DNA from: Octopus sinensis
Lineage: Eukaryota
DNA length: 64,000 bases
Direction of reading: 5' to 3'
NCBI RefSeq assembly: GCF_006345805.1
Contig: NC_043002.1
Span: forward strand, 106,764,001-106,828,000
A program made the position numbers and the translations under genes. This document shows, piece after piece, positions 1-11,936 of this stretch; position 1 is the stretch's first letter; every line of letters starts with the position of its first letter. A model generated the notes under the pieces. It worked only from the letters and a program-made list of their open reading frames with translations, was not told the DNA's origin and made no database searches.

Positions 1-19
1 ACTCTGGAGCTAAGTTACT

Positions 20-480
20 AACTAATCTTTTCTACTCTGGGCACGAGGCCTGAAATTTGTGGGGAGGGAGGCCAGTCGATTAGATTGACACCAGTATGCA
101 ACTGGTACTTAATTTAAAAGGCGGTGAGCTGGCAGAAACGTTAGCACGCCGGGCGAAATGCGTAGCCGTATTCCCTCTGCCGTTACGTTCTGAGTTCAAA
201 TTCTGCCGAGGTCGACTTTGCCTTTCATCCTTTCGGGGTCGATAAATTAAGTACCAGTTACGCACTGGGGTCGATATAATCGACTTAATCCGTTTGTCTG
301 TCCTTGTTTATCCTCTCTGTGTTTAGCCCCTTGTGGGTAGTAAAGAAACAGGTACTTAATTTATCAACCCAGAAAGGATGAAAGGCAAAGTCGACCTCGG
401 CGGAATTCAAACTCACAACGTAAAGACAGACGAAATACTGCTAAGCATTTCGCTCGTCGTGCTAATGTTTCTGCCTAACT
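20..480. mobile_element. tRNA-derived SINE family A cluster (copies in both orientations)
   Basis: GGCGGTGAGCTGGCAGAA (A-box-like) ... GAGTTCAAATTC (B-box-like) followed by the GGTCGACTTTGCCTTTCATCC core; the same module recurs many times in the window. Confidence 0.8.
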
Positions 481-538
481 AATGTTGTCATAGTGATGAT
501 GCTATTTATGGTTGCTGTTTTTTTTTTGTTATTTACAG

Positions 539-645
539 AATGCGTCGGCACTGTGGTGCCAGCTGTGCAGGAAGAAGTTCTGGTTTCCAAGAAGAAGCGA
601 CCTACACCAGCGCCTGCACCCATGCTGCTGCAGCTGTGCAACTTG
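539..645 (+). CDS. PCNX: Pecanex-like protein, third-to-last coding exon
   Basis: tttacAG acceptor before 539 and GTatgg donor at 646. The reading frame is not in the ORF track: (R)MRRHCGASCAGRSSGFQEEATYTSACTHAAAAVQL, resembling the RLRKGCGAGC motif of vertebrate PCNX1. Ends in phase 1, matching the next exon. Confidence 0.8.
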
Positions 646-859
646 GTATGGTTTGTTAAGGCATCTGTCTTTATGTATGTGTGTGTGTGTGTGTGCATCA
701 TGATGTTATCCTATGAAAGTTAAATCACCACAACACCCTCACCTGTTCACTCTTTGACCATCACTACCACCACACACCACTACCCACACACAAGTTATAC
801 ACACACACACACACATACACACACACACATGTATATAGACAAGTGCACAATCTCCTACA

Positions 860-1100
860 CACAATACCTATTTCTTCACTACCCACAAGGGGCTACACAC
901 AGAGGGGACAAACAAGGACAGACAAACGGATTAAGTTGATTATATCGACCCCAGTGCGTATCTGGTACTTATTTAATCGACCCCGAAAGGATACAAGGCA
1001 AAGTTGACCTTGGCGGAATTTGAACTCAGAACGTAGCGGCAGACGAAATACCGCTAAGCGTTTTGCCTGGCGTGCTAATGTCTCTGCCAGCTCGCCGCCT
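860..1100 (-). mobile_element. SINE family A copy (pecanex intron)
   Basis: Reverse complement of the module at 118-340. Confidence 0.8.
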
Positions 1101-1202
1101 TATCCCACACGCTATACCACTACACCAATACATACACGTAAGGCCACCACCCCTATCAATCATACACCCTCTACCACTACCACAAATGCATACAGTATCA
1201 CA

Positions 1203-1234
<32 letters not shown>

Positions 1235-1619
1235 TAGCATTATCATATATGTTACCACCACACCCTGTGTGTGTGTCTCTACACTCTATAAACCAGTGTG
1301 GGAGCCTCTATGTTGTTGGTTAATCTGCTAGAAGTAGCAGCCAAATCTCCCACAAATCACAGTTTACCATTTAAAAAGATGATGGCATTAGATATAGTCC
1401 TAGATGCAATGTGCCTGAATAGAAGACTATATAGACATGCTTTGGATGTCTGTGTTCACAGCTCTGCTCTTGACTGGGCTGACCTGGGGCTAAACACCAC
1501 CATCACCACCCATACAACCTTACAATCTGTTACTCTCTCTCTTTCTCTCTCTCTGTCTGTCCCTCTCTCTCTCTCTCCACTGCACTTCCCCTACCTCTAC
1601 CTTTCCTCTCTCTCCCCAG

Positions 1620-1993
1620 GTTCAATGCGTTCCAACTCCAACAGTGCACCACCAACCACTGGTGCACCATCAGTAGGCGGTGGAGCGGCAACAACAGGTA
1701 GTGGTGCTGTGTCACCTAGCAACCAGTCTGACATCACACTGCAGAACCTAACCAACAGTCACAACAGTAAGTTGAGCTCACCTGCTGCTGTTACCACGGC
1801 AACAACCACACCAACATCAACAGCAACAACAACCCCTTCTATAACGGCTCTCCTTGATAGCAGGAGCAGCAGCAGTGGTAATGGTGTACCTGCTACTGCA
1901 CCCACTGCACCTACTGTTGTAACTAGCACTGCCCCTGGTTCAAACCCTGTCAACACCACCACTAAAGAACCAACCATCTCACAACGGGTTAGA
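1620..1993 (+). CDS. PCNX: Pecanex-like protein, penultimate coding exon (Ser/Thr/Pro-rich low-complexity linker)
   Basis: Polypyrimidine tract + ccccAG at 1618-1619; GTAAGT donor at 1994. Translation GSMRSNSNSAPPTTG...TISQRVR; phases fit both neighbouring exons. Confidence 0.85.
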
Positions 1994-2361
1994 GTAAGTA
2001 TTTGTACTTTCACCTTTATGTATTTTAGGGTATATTGTGTGTGTGGTGTTTGTATACTTTGTGTGTTTTTATGATGTGTGTGTATGTATATATATTGTTT
2101 TTTGTATTTATATTCGTGTGGCATCGTCCGTTTTTCTGTCCTTGTTTCGTATACATTCAATCCTTTTTCCAAGAAATCTAATGCTCATAGCTTAGTTTTT
2201 CCTTGGAGCTGGCCGGATCGGAGCGATCTCAAGATTAATCAGCCGAAATTGTGAGGATGATCCGGTTCTTGACTGAAGATTGAAGGCTTTGAATGTCCCG
2301 TCTGTGTTTATTGTATCGTCTTCTAAATGTTTTGCATTCTTGTCCCAGTTTGCATTTTTTT

Positions 2362-2392
<31 letters not shown>

Positions 2393-2394
2393 CA

Positions 2395-2640
2395 TCGCCA
2401 TCATCATCAGTGTTTAACGTCCGTTTTCCATGCTGGCATGGGTTGGAAGAGTTTCTACAGCTTGATGCCCTTCCTAACGCCAACCACTCTGAGAGTGTAG
2501 TGGGTGCTTTTCACGTGTCACTGGCATGGGCCAGAGGAGCTGGCATCAGCCACATTCGGATGGTGCTTTTTACGTGCTACCAGCATGGGGGTCACAACTA
2601 CAATTTCCATTTGACTTGATTTTGATATTGATGATGTTGT
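2395..2640 (-). mobile_element. RTE LINE 3' tail fragment
   Basis: (CAT)n followed by TTTAACGTCCGTTTTCCATGC...GATGCCCTTCCTAACGCCAACCAC; reverse complement of the RTE tail at 62760-62945. Confidence 0.75.
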
Positions 2641-2652
2641 TGTGTATATATA

Positions 2653-2692
<40 letters not shown>

Positions 2693-2885
2693 TACATGTG
2701 TATACATTATGAATATATATGTACAGTATATTGTGTTTGTGTCTGAGTATTCACTTGTCTTTGCTCCCATGAACTGGGAATAGCACCCCATACATGTGTG
2801 TGTAGTGTATATACGTGTGTATCTGTGTTATTATTCATTCACAATATCTAAATTGTACACGTCTGTCTGTTTATCTCTTTCACAG

Positions 2886-3170
2886 ATAATGGATCCCAGC
2901 CAAATGTATGACAATATGAACCTAGGCCGTCGTATCGATGTTCAGTGGCCCCGTGACGATTGGAAACAAAATGGAGGCAAAAGTGGTTGGAATGGCTGGA
3001 CACCCACAAAGGGATTAGAGGGCACTATTGTACATCGATGGGTCCCGTGTCACCGTGACCCTGTCTGCAGGTCCCATGTTGACTACACCATCCTGTTAGT
3101 TCAGGTTGGCTCTGACAAATATGTACCAATAGCCGATGGTGGTGTGATGCACTTGGGTGTCGAAGTTTGA
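2886..3170 (+). CDS. PCNX: Pecanex-like protein, terminal coding exon
   Basis: cacAG acceptor. IMDPSQ...QWP...W..W.P.KGLEGTIVHRWVPCHRDPVCRSHVDYTILLVQV...YVPI...GVMHLGVEV* closely matches my recollection of the PCNX1 C-terminus ([37 protein letters not shown]...LGAEV). Confidence 0.93.
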   Translation: MMDPSQMYDNMNLGRRIDVQWPRDDWKQNGGKSGWNGWTPTKGLEGTIVHRWVPCHRDPVCRSHVDYTILLVQVGSDKYVPIADGGVMHLGVEV

Positions 3171-4099
3171 CCACGGTCCACTGCTGCTTCTGCGGTGTTT
3201 TCAGACTGCAACCTCATCAACTGGCCAAACATGGATGCCACCGATGGATGTCAGCTTGACCTGACCTGATCTGACCTCGGTTGACCTGGCCTCAGTTTGG
3301 CAATAAAGCATCAGAAGAAATCTTAACTGAACACAAGAAGTTGACAAAAAAAAAACAATTTGGGGGTCCAGAGTTATGGCAGTGAGATTATCTGGCAAAC
3401 AAGGGTCACATCTTTATTATAATTATTATAATAATGATAATTATTATTATTATAGACGATGTGTTGATGTTGACCTAAACTATAGAAAGACAGTCTCGGC
3501 CCCTTTATGATCTCCCAGCTCAGTACCTCATTGTTCATTCCTGTTTGGCAGGCAATACCAGTAATACATGGAGCTTCAATCAACTGACCCTTCCACCTCT
3601 CTGTACAAAATTTGGTTTTCTGCCATGGACAAAAGCTACTATTATTATTATTATTATGATCATTATTATTATCATTATTATTATTATTACTACTACTACT
3701 AATAATTGTTATTTTTTGATATCTGTCAATCACCATGATATGGTGTTAAGTTTGTTCTGCAAACCAAGTCTGTGATAGGGTTTCAATTCCCAGTTGGATC
3801 CCTGTCATGTTATGGAACTAATGACACTGTGAAAGGCATGACCATCATAACATCTCATTTTCTTCCCCCTAACCCTAGTAATCTAAGGTGCCATGCCAAT
3901 CTATGAAATCATTATTACAATTATTATTTTTATTATTAAAAAAAACATGAAGTTAAAACTGTACCATTCCTTGTTTGGTTGGCAAACATTTAGAATGGAC
4001 ATGAAAGAAATGTTTAAGATGGGAGACTGTATTTGTCCTCCTGTCTCTCTCCCACCACAACAAGGGGCCATTCGACACTTTCTCACCACCCCGTTGAAC

Positions 4100-4135
<36 letters not shown>

Positions 4136-5141
4136 GCTGACGGTTTTGTCTGGTGGTGAAAGATCTCAGTTTAATCACAAATAACAACATTGACCATGAT
4201 GATGATGATGGTGGTGGCGGTGGCGGTGACTTGGAATTACGGAGAAGTGATGATGATGATGATGATGATGATGGTGCTGTTGATGATGGTAGTAATGATG
4301 ATGATGATGGTGATGATGAAATATCAGAGACAACAATAAATAAAATGGTTTATTAAATTTGTACAGACTTGTGAGTGTGTGTATTGGTGATGTATATAGA
4401 TTAAAACTAGACAAAATGTGTGTGTATGTATGTGTATATATTACTTATACAAAGGCTTGAAAAATGAGTGTTTATATGTATATATATATGTGTGTGTGTA
4501 TATATATATGTATATTTGTGTGATGTGTGTGTGTGTGTATGTATGTACATACACAAACACCTAAACATTAAATCAGGAAAGATGAGGGTTGCATATGGAA
4601 TAAAGCTATCTCTGGGTCATTTGCTCCTCCTCTCCTCCAACCACCACCACCACCACCACCATCATCATCATTCTCATTGCCCACATCCTGACTCTCCCTT
4701 GTGAAGTCCTTCCTGGGGATCAAACCTCTCTCTACAGTTTTATTCACTTGGATGAACAAATATTAAAATTGTTTTACTCTCTCTTCTTTGTCTGATTTGT
4801 GAGTCTTGTCTTTCGACACAAGGTCAATGTGACCCTTGTGTGAAAAGGGGTGGATAAGTAAAACCTGAATCCCTGTCATAGGGGTCACTACATACTGAAT
4901 GGGGGTCATTGAATGACTTTATATAAGCTATGACTGTCTTTCCAGCAATTTGATTCAGCTGATGATATTGGAGTTATTTCTCTTGTTTGTTATTTACAGA
5001 TTTTAAACACCTTTGGGGGAAGTTTTTTTCTTCTAATTGCAAGGGCAATCTTAGTTTTCATCTTACTATATTACACACGTAACACATTCTGCTCTATGTG
5101 TATTTTGTATATTGAATTTCCTCTCAACCATACTCTTGATA

Positions 5142-5528
5142 TGTGGAGGCGCAATGGCCCAGTGGTTAGGGCAGCAGACTCGCGGTCGTAAAATCACGGT
5201 TTCCATTCCCAGTCTGGGCGTTGTCAGTGTTTATTGAATGAAAACACCTAAAGCCCCGCGAGGCTCCAGCAGAGGGTGGTGGTGAACCTTGATGTACTCT
5301 TCCACCACAACTTTCTCTCACTCATTCTTCCTGTTTCTGTTGTACCTGTATTTCAAAGGGCCAGCCTTGTCACACTCTGTGTAATGCTGAATCTCCCCCG
5401 AGAACTACGTTAAGGGTACACACGTGTCTGTGGAAGTGCTCAGCCACTTGCATGTTAATTTCATGAGCAGGCTGTTCCATTGACTGGTTCAACTGGAACC
5501 CTCGTTGTCGTAATCAATGGAGTGCCAC
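5142..5528 (+). mobile_element. tRNA-derived SINE family D
   Basis: Head GGAGGCGCAATGGCCCAGTGGTTAGGGCAG; homologous to 5709-6087 and 56986-57364. Confidence 0.8.
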
Positions 5529-5708
5529 AAAAAAAATTCTTGATATATAAAGTTGAACTGTGGGCCAAGGAATAAATTGTACACAGTGTAGCCATGATAA
5601 TCCATGGAAGTTCAATGTCTAATGAGCTCACCATCAGGCTGATGGTTGAGGCAGACATTGCTCAGATGTTCTGTAGGAGTTTAGTAGTAAGAATGCGCAT
5701 GAAATATC

Positions 5709-6087
5709 GTGGCACTCCATCAGTTACGACAAGGGTTCCAGTTGATCCAATCGACGGAACAGCCTGTTCATGAAATCAATGTCAAGTGGCTGAGCACTCC
5801 ACAGACACGTGTACCTTTAATGTAGTTCTCAGGGAGATTCAATGTGACACGGGGTGTGATAAGGCTGGCCCTTTGAAATACAGGTACAAGAGAAACAGGA
5901 AGAAAGTGTGAGAGAATGTTGTGGTGAAAGAGTACAGCAGCTTTCGCCACCATCCCCTGCTGGAGACTCATGGAGCTTTAGGTGTTTTTGCTCAATAAAT
6001 ACTCACAACGCCCAGTCTGGGAATCAAAACTGCAGTCTTATGACCGCGTGTCTGCTGCCCTAACCACTGGGCCATTGCATCCCCACA
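5709..6087 (-). mobile_element. tRNA-derived SINE family D (inverted relative to 5142-5528)
   Basis: Reverse-complement homology along the whole ~380 bp. Confidence 0.8.
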
Positions 6088-6599
6088 CATAGAATATATT
6101 CCTTGAAGGCTTTTTGGTAGTTGATAACATCTGTTACCAAGGTGAACTATCTAGCAGTGGTGGTTGGGGTATCAAAAGCCTAGCAAGAGGCTGGCTCAGG
6201 GAGCCAAGATTGCTGTTGACAGTAGAGTTTTTCTCTGAGTGAAAAGCAGATTGTATGAAGCTTGGGTACAAAGTGTGATTTTTGTTTTTATGGTAGTGAG
6301 ATGGTCTTAAATGTAGAGGATTTGCAAAGACGAGAAATAAAGTGAGCTGCATGTGTTATGTTGGTGTGAATGAACAACAAAGTACAAATGCGTTGAGGAA
6401 AACTTGGCATAAGAACAATCGGACGTGTGCTGGAACAGGCATGAGGTGGATGTCGCTTGTATAAAGAAGTCCAGAGCACTCAAAGTGGTTGGAACCTGTG
6501 AAAGGTGAAGACCAAAAAAGACAGGAAGATGATGACGAACAACTATGAAGGTTAACAGCCTAATACTGGAGAAGATCCATCCATGAAACTTAATGAATT

Positions 6600-7120
6600 T
6601 GCTTTTCTACTCTAGGCACAAGGCCCTAAATTTTGGGGAAGGGAGTCAGTCGATTAGATCGATGCCAGTACGCAACTGGTACTTAATTTATCAACCCTGA
6701 AAGGATGAAAGGCAAAGTCGACCTCGGCGGAATTTGAACTCAGAACATAAAGACAGGTGAAATACCTATTTCTTTACTACCCACAAATGGCTAAACACAG
6801 ATGGGTCAAATAAACGGATTAAGTCGATTACATCGACCCCAGTGTGTAGCTGATACTTAATTTTATCAACCCTGAAAGGATGAAAGGCAAAGTCGACTTC
6901 GGCAGAGTTTGAACTCAGGACGTAGTGGCAGATGAAATACCTATTTCTTTACTACCCACAAGGGGCTACACACAGAGGGGACAAACAAGGACAGACAAAT
7001 GAATTAAGGATGAAAGGCAAAGTCGACCTCGGCGGAATTTGAACTCAGAACGTAGCGCCAGACGAAATACCGCTAAGCATTTCGCCCGGTGTGCTAACGC
7101 TTCTGCCAGCTCACCGCCTT
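6600..7120 (-). mobile_element. SINE family A tandem/partial copies
   Basis: Four occurrences of GGATGAAAGGCAAAGTCGAC...GAACTCAG. Confidence 0.8.
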
Positions 7121-7540
7121 AAACTTAATGAATATTAAGTCTTTGATAGTGATGGAAGCTGCCATATCAACATCAGGCTCTCCTCCATTACCTCTGCCAT
7201 TACATTCCCATTATTTCCTCCGCTATCACCCCAACCACAATGTCTTCTTCGACCCTCTTCAGTTCATCCGTCATTACTCTCTATTCTTTTCACTTGGTTA
7301 CGTTGCTTCGAACGAACGGAGATAACAAATTCTGTTTACTGTTGTGAGTACAAGGAAGCTTCATCAGTACTGGTATCATGATAAACTGCTTTGTGGAATG
7401 TGGTTGGCTTATGCAACAATGTAAGGGGGACAAGCAAGCAATAATAAATCTCTGAGCGAGACGTAAAAAGCAGCATTACGGAATCATGAAGTATATTTTC
7501 CACCTAAATGTGGCGGACTTCCTCCTCAACTTCCCCTTCT

Positions 7541-7782
7541 TGAACTTTTCCAGTAAATTCCCATCCTGCCCCCTCCTCAGACTTTTCCAGGAAATCCTTC
7601 ACCTTCCTCCCATTCCCTCTCTCCTTGGACTTTTCCAGCAATGTCCCCTTTTCACCCACTACTCGGATTTTCCGGTAAATGCCTCCTCCTTCCACCCTTT
7701 TCTCCCCTTCAACTCTCCTACCTTGGACTTTTCCGGGAAGTCCCCATCCTCCCCCCCTATCGAATTTTTCCAGGAAGTCCTG
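7541..7782. promoter_or_regulatory. Cluster of six STAT/GAS-like motifs with NF-kB-like flanks (candidate enhancer)
   Basis: TTCCAGTAA 7548, TTCCAGGAA 7585, TTCCAGCAA 7633, TTCCGGTAA 7670, TTCCGGGAA 7731, TTCCAGGAA 7768. GGGAAGTCCC at 7735 is the reverse complement of GGGACTTCCC, which fits GGGRNWYYCC. Function is inferred only. Confidence 0.35.
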
Positions 7783-7789
7783 CCTCCCA

Positions 7790-10095
7790 TTCCACCACCT
7801 AATTGCTGGATTAAACGTAGGCCATTGTGGGTGGCAGTCTTGCTTCAATACCGGATTAAGCGTAGGCCTTGGAGGGGTGTAGTCTTGGCTAAGTGCCGGA
7901 CTAAACATAGGGTGTGGAGGTGGAGAATTCTAGCCAAAGAGCCGGATTAAATGTGGTCCGTGGAGGGAGGGCAGTCAAGCCTAAGTGCTAGACTAATCGT
8001 AGGCTGTGGTGGAAGAGCTGTCTAGCCTAATTGCCGGATTAAATCTAGCCTGTGTCGGATTAAACATAGGCCATAGGAAGGGGGGGAATCTAGCCTATTA
8101 TTCCAGATTATATGTAGGTCTTGGCAGGTAGCAGTCTAGCCTAAATACCAGATTAAATGTAGGCCATGGAGGGGTTTGGCGAAATCGAAAGTAGATTGCC
8201 AAATTTAAAGTAGATCATGGTGTGGGCCGTGTAGCCTAAGTACCGGGTTAAATGTAGGTCTTGGAGTGAGGGGCAGTCTACCCTAAGTGCTGGGCTAAAC
8301 GTAGCCCGTGGAGGGGGTGCAGTCAAGATAATACATGCCGGATTAAACGTAGACCATAAAAGGGGTACTGTCTAGCCTAAGTTCTGGATTAAACAAATGC
8401 CGTTGAGGGATGGAGCGAAATCTATCCTTAGTGCCGCTTTAAATGTAGATCATGGAGGGGGTAGACTAGCCTATGTGTCGGATAAAATATTGTCTGTGGC
8501 GGGAGGGGCAGTCTAGCCTAAGTGCCCGATTAAACATAGGCCGTAGAGGGGTTTGACGAAATCTACCCTAAGTGCCAGATTTAAAGTAGATCGTGGTGAG
8601 GGCTGTCTAGCCTAAGTATTGGATTAAACGTAGGTCGTAGAGTGAGGGGCCGTCTAGCCTAGGTGCCGGATTAAACCTAGGCCTTGAAGGGCCGGACTGA
8701 ATGTAGGCTGTGGAGGGGGCAGAGCAGCCTAAGTGCCGGATTAAACATACGCTGTTGTGGGTGGCAGTCTAGCCTAAGTGCGGGATTAAACGTAGGGCGA
8801 GCTGGTGGAGAAGACTTGCTAAAGTGCCGGATTAAACATAGGCTGTGAAATGGGGCCGTCTAGCCTAAGAGCCGAATTATACAAAGGTCGTGGAGTGAAG
8901 GGCAGTCTAGCCTAAATTCCGGATGAAATGTAGGCCAAGAGGTGGGGCAGTCTAGCGTAAGTGCCGGACTAAACGTAGGCCGTGGAGAGAGCAGTCAAGA
9001 TTACGTGCCGGATTAAATGTATATTGTGGAAAGAAGGCAGTCTAACCAAAATGCCGGATGAAACGTGCGTCGTGGAGAGAGGTGCAGTCTAGCCTAAGTC
9101 CGAATTAAATGTAGGTCGTGGAAGAGGCTGTCTAGCGTAAGTGCTGATTAAACGTTGGCCATGGAGGAAAGTCAGTCTAGCCTTAGCCCGATTAAACGTA
9201 GGCCATTGAAGGGGACATACTACCCTAAGTGCCAGATTAAATGTAGGCCGCTGTAGAAGGAGCAGTCTAGCCTAAATATTGGATTCAATGTAGGCTGTGG
9301 ATGCGGGGTTTGGCAAAGACTCGCCTTAGTGCCAGATTAAACACTGGCCGTGTACGTAGGAAAGTCTCGCCTAAATTCCAGATTAAACGTAGGCTGTGGA
9401 TGCGGGGTGTTGGCAAAGTTTAGCCTAAGTGCCGGATTAAACGTAGGCCGTGACATGCGGGCTGCCTAGCCTAAATGCCATAAGTTGTGGAGGTGGGTAG
9501 TGTAGCTTAAGCGCTGGATTAAACAGGCTGTGGAAGAAGGGCAGTATAACGTTACTACCGGATTAAATGTAGTGTGTGGAAGGGCAGTCTAGCCTCAGTG
9601 CCGGATTATATGTAGGCTGTGGATTATGGGCAAAACGTAGCCTAAATGTCGGATTAAATGTAGGTCGTGGAGGGGCAGTCTACCCTAAGTGCCAGATAAA
9701 AGTAGATTGTGAAGGGGCAGTGAACCTAAGTGCCGGATTAAACGTTGGCCTTTGAGATTGGCAATCCAGCCTAAGGCTGTGGTGGTGGGGGCAGTCTTGC
9801 CTAAATGCCGGATTAAGCTTAGGTCATGGAGTGTGAGCGACGTCTAGCCTAAGTGCCAGATTAAACGTAGGCCGTGGAAATTGGCAATCTAGATTAAGTA
9901 CCGGAGTAAAGGTAGGCTGTGGAGTGGGGCAACTAGCTTAAGTGCCGGATTAAACATCGGCTGTAGTGTGGGGGCAGTTTGCCCAAGTTCCGGCTTAAGC
10001 ATTGGCCGTGGTAGGGACAGTCTATCCTAAATGCTGGATTAAACGTAGTGTGTGGAGGCGGGCAGTCTAGGCTAAGTGCCGAATTAAACGTAAGC
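7790..10095. repeat. Degenerate ~44-bp minisatellite, roughly 50 units
   Basis: Approximate consensus GCAGTCTAGCCTAAGTGCCGGATTAAACGTAGGCCGTGGAGGGG; units differ from one another in sequence and length. About three more units at 10588-10725. Confidence 0.92.
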
Positions 10096-10096
10096 G

Positions 10097-10585
10097 TTGC
10101 TTTATGTATTTGTAAGACTCTGCTCCCTGGAGCGAAGGCGGGAGAGGTATACAGTAATATATATCTGGAAGACGATGAGTGGAATTGGGCCAAATTTTGT
10201 CATTCAAACCTACACCAAAGCCGGAACGGGTCTACACTGGACAGTCCGAAAAATCCCAGCAATGCCAATGCGCCTCAGGACCAGTTACTACAAGAGCCTG
10301 GGTTTCAGGTGACCACAGCTTTTTAATATTCTCCCAAACAGCCTCAGGGACCTACACAAAGTCAATGTAGGGGTTTTCCAGTGAAACTGGATCTCTTCCT
10401 GTCAAGAGTCTCAGATGAGCCTACCTCGCAGCAAGAGGTGAAATAAAGGTAGCGATATCAAACTCCCTTATTCACGAAATACCACATATAAGAAGAGGCT
10501 CTCAATAATAACAGTGTAGGAAAATGGTGGTGCCCCAGCATGGCCACAGTTTTGAAATAGCTAGGAAAAAAAAAGAAAATATATA
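10097..10585 (+). mobile_element. CR1/jockey-type LINE 3' fragment inserted in the minisatellite
   Basis: Translates SLERRRERYTVIYIWK...PNF...SLGFR.PQLFNILPNSLRDLH; tail GGTGGTGCCCCAGCATGGCCACAG + A-rich end. Confidence 0.8.
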
Positions 10586-10764
10586 TACAGTCTAGCCTAA
10601 GGGCTGGATTAAGTTTAGGCTATGGGGTGGGGCAGTTAAGCGTCAGTGCCAAATTAAATGTATGCCATGGAAAGAGAGGCAGTCTCCCCTAAGTGTCAGA
10701 TTAAACGTAAGCCGTGGAGAGGGCATTCCAGTTATATATATATTTATGTAAGTGTGTGTATATA

Positions 10765-11936
10765 CAGTTGCGGCCAAAATTTCAGAACGGCATTGATTTC
10801 GTCAGAAAAGTAGGTATAAATTTTTATCAAAGTTGTTTTATATTCAATACTTTTAACAGACAATAAATACGATATTAATTATTATTGTCTGAGATTTTGG
10901 TGTAATTTGAGAGGATAATACAAAAGTTATGGATGATTTAGTGATTTACTGCAAAACCCATGGCAGCCAAAATGATCAGAACGGTTGAAAAAATAAGAAA
11001 ATAATCAAAAATGACAGAGAATACTGGAATTATTTAATATTTAGTGTGAAGCCCTTTAGCTTCAATCACACTTTGACATCTTCGACTGCATGAGGAAATT
11101 AAATTTTCAATTTCTTGCTGGGTGATCTTATTCCATTCTTCCTGAAGGGCATTCCATAATTGCTCGGTTGTTTTAGGATTTCTGGCTTTTGAACGTTCTC
11201 CTAGAATATTCCGCACATTTTCAATAATATTAAGATCTGGGCTTTGAGCAGGTCAATCCATAACAATAACCTTTTCAGCCTTGAGAAAGTTCATGACCAC
11301 CTTAGCCTTGTGACATGGGGCATTGTCCTGCATGAATATGGGTGATCGCTTAGTTGAATTTCTCAGCACAGGCAAGGCATGATCTTTTACAAGTTGTTTA
11401 TAAACTCCTTCATTTACCTTTCCATGTAATCGCACCAAAAGGCCCACACCATCTCCAGATATCATCTACCAAACCATGACACTTCCTCCACCGAATTTAA
11501 CACTAGTCTTAAGGCATTTAGGCGACAATTTTTCACCTACTTTCTGGCAAATGTACCTTTTCCCATCTGAGCCAAATAACATAAACTTAGATTCATCACT
11601 GAAATGCACCGTTTGCCATTTTTCTTGAGACCACAACACATGTTCGGTTGCAAAGGTAAGACGACACTTTTTATTCTTGGAGCTGATCAGTGGCTTCACT
11701 GCAGGTGCTCTTGCTTGTAGGTCATGTTCAACTAAAGGACGAGACAGTTTTTCGAGATAAAGTTTTCTTCAGTACAATGCTCATTTCCCGAGAAACAGCA
11801 GCAGCAGTTTTAAATCTGTCCTTTTTAACCAACTTTACCATAGCACGATCTTCTCTCTTGGTTGTTTTTCTTGGCCTACCTGTAGACTTTCTTGCTCCAA
11901 ACGAACCACAATCATCGTAGACCTTAAGAATACTGT
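10765..11936 (-). mobile_element. Tc1-like DNA transposon, truncated and frameshifted copy
   Basis: TA|CAGTTGCGGCC terminal repeat at 10765; minus-strand FSDESKF, MQDNAPCH and WPAQSPDLN motifs. Nearly identical to 31314-32933; homology stops at 11936. Confidence 0.93.

Noticed and set aside
493-723. ORF-track frames ECVGTVVPAVQ... and NASALWCQLC... as the pecanex exon
   Set aside because: Only the third frame (MRRHCGASC) matches pecanex and gives the right splice phase.
2200-2290. Possible hammerhead (GCTG...CAGCC GAAA, nearby CTGAAGA)
   Set aside because: No CUGANGA before helix II and no valid helix III/NUH; the order of elements does not fit.
3245-3290. TGACC(T) repeats as nuclear-receptor response elements
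   Set aside because: A short pentamer repeat in the 3' UTR; simple slippage explains it and there is no other support.
5142-5215. tRNA genes at SINE heads (also 21236, 40830, 118)
   Set aside because: A/B-box-like motifs only; no full cloverleaf, and each continues into a SINE body.
7790-10095. CRISPR-like array, or a 15-aa repeat protein (PTFNPALRLDC) on the minus strand
   Set aside because: No unique spacers of constant length, no cas genes, eukaryotic context; variable unit length and frequent stops break any frame.
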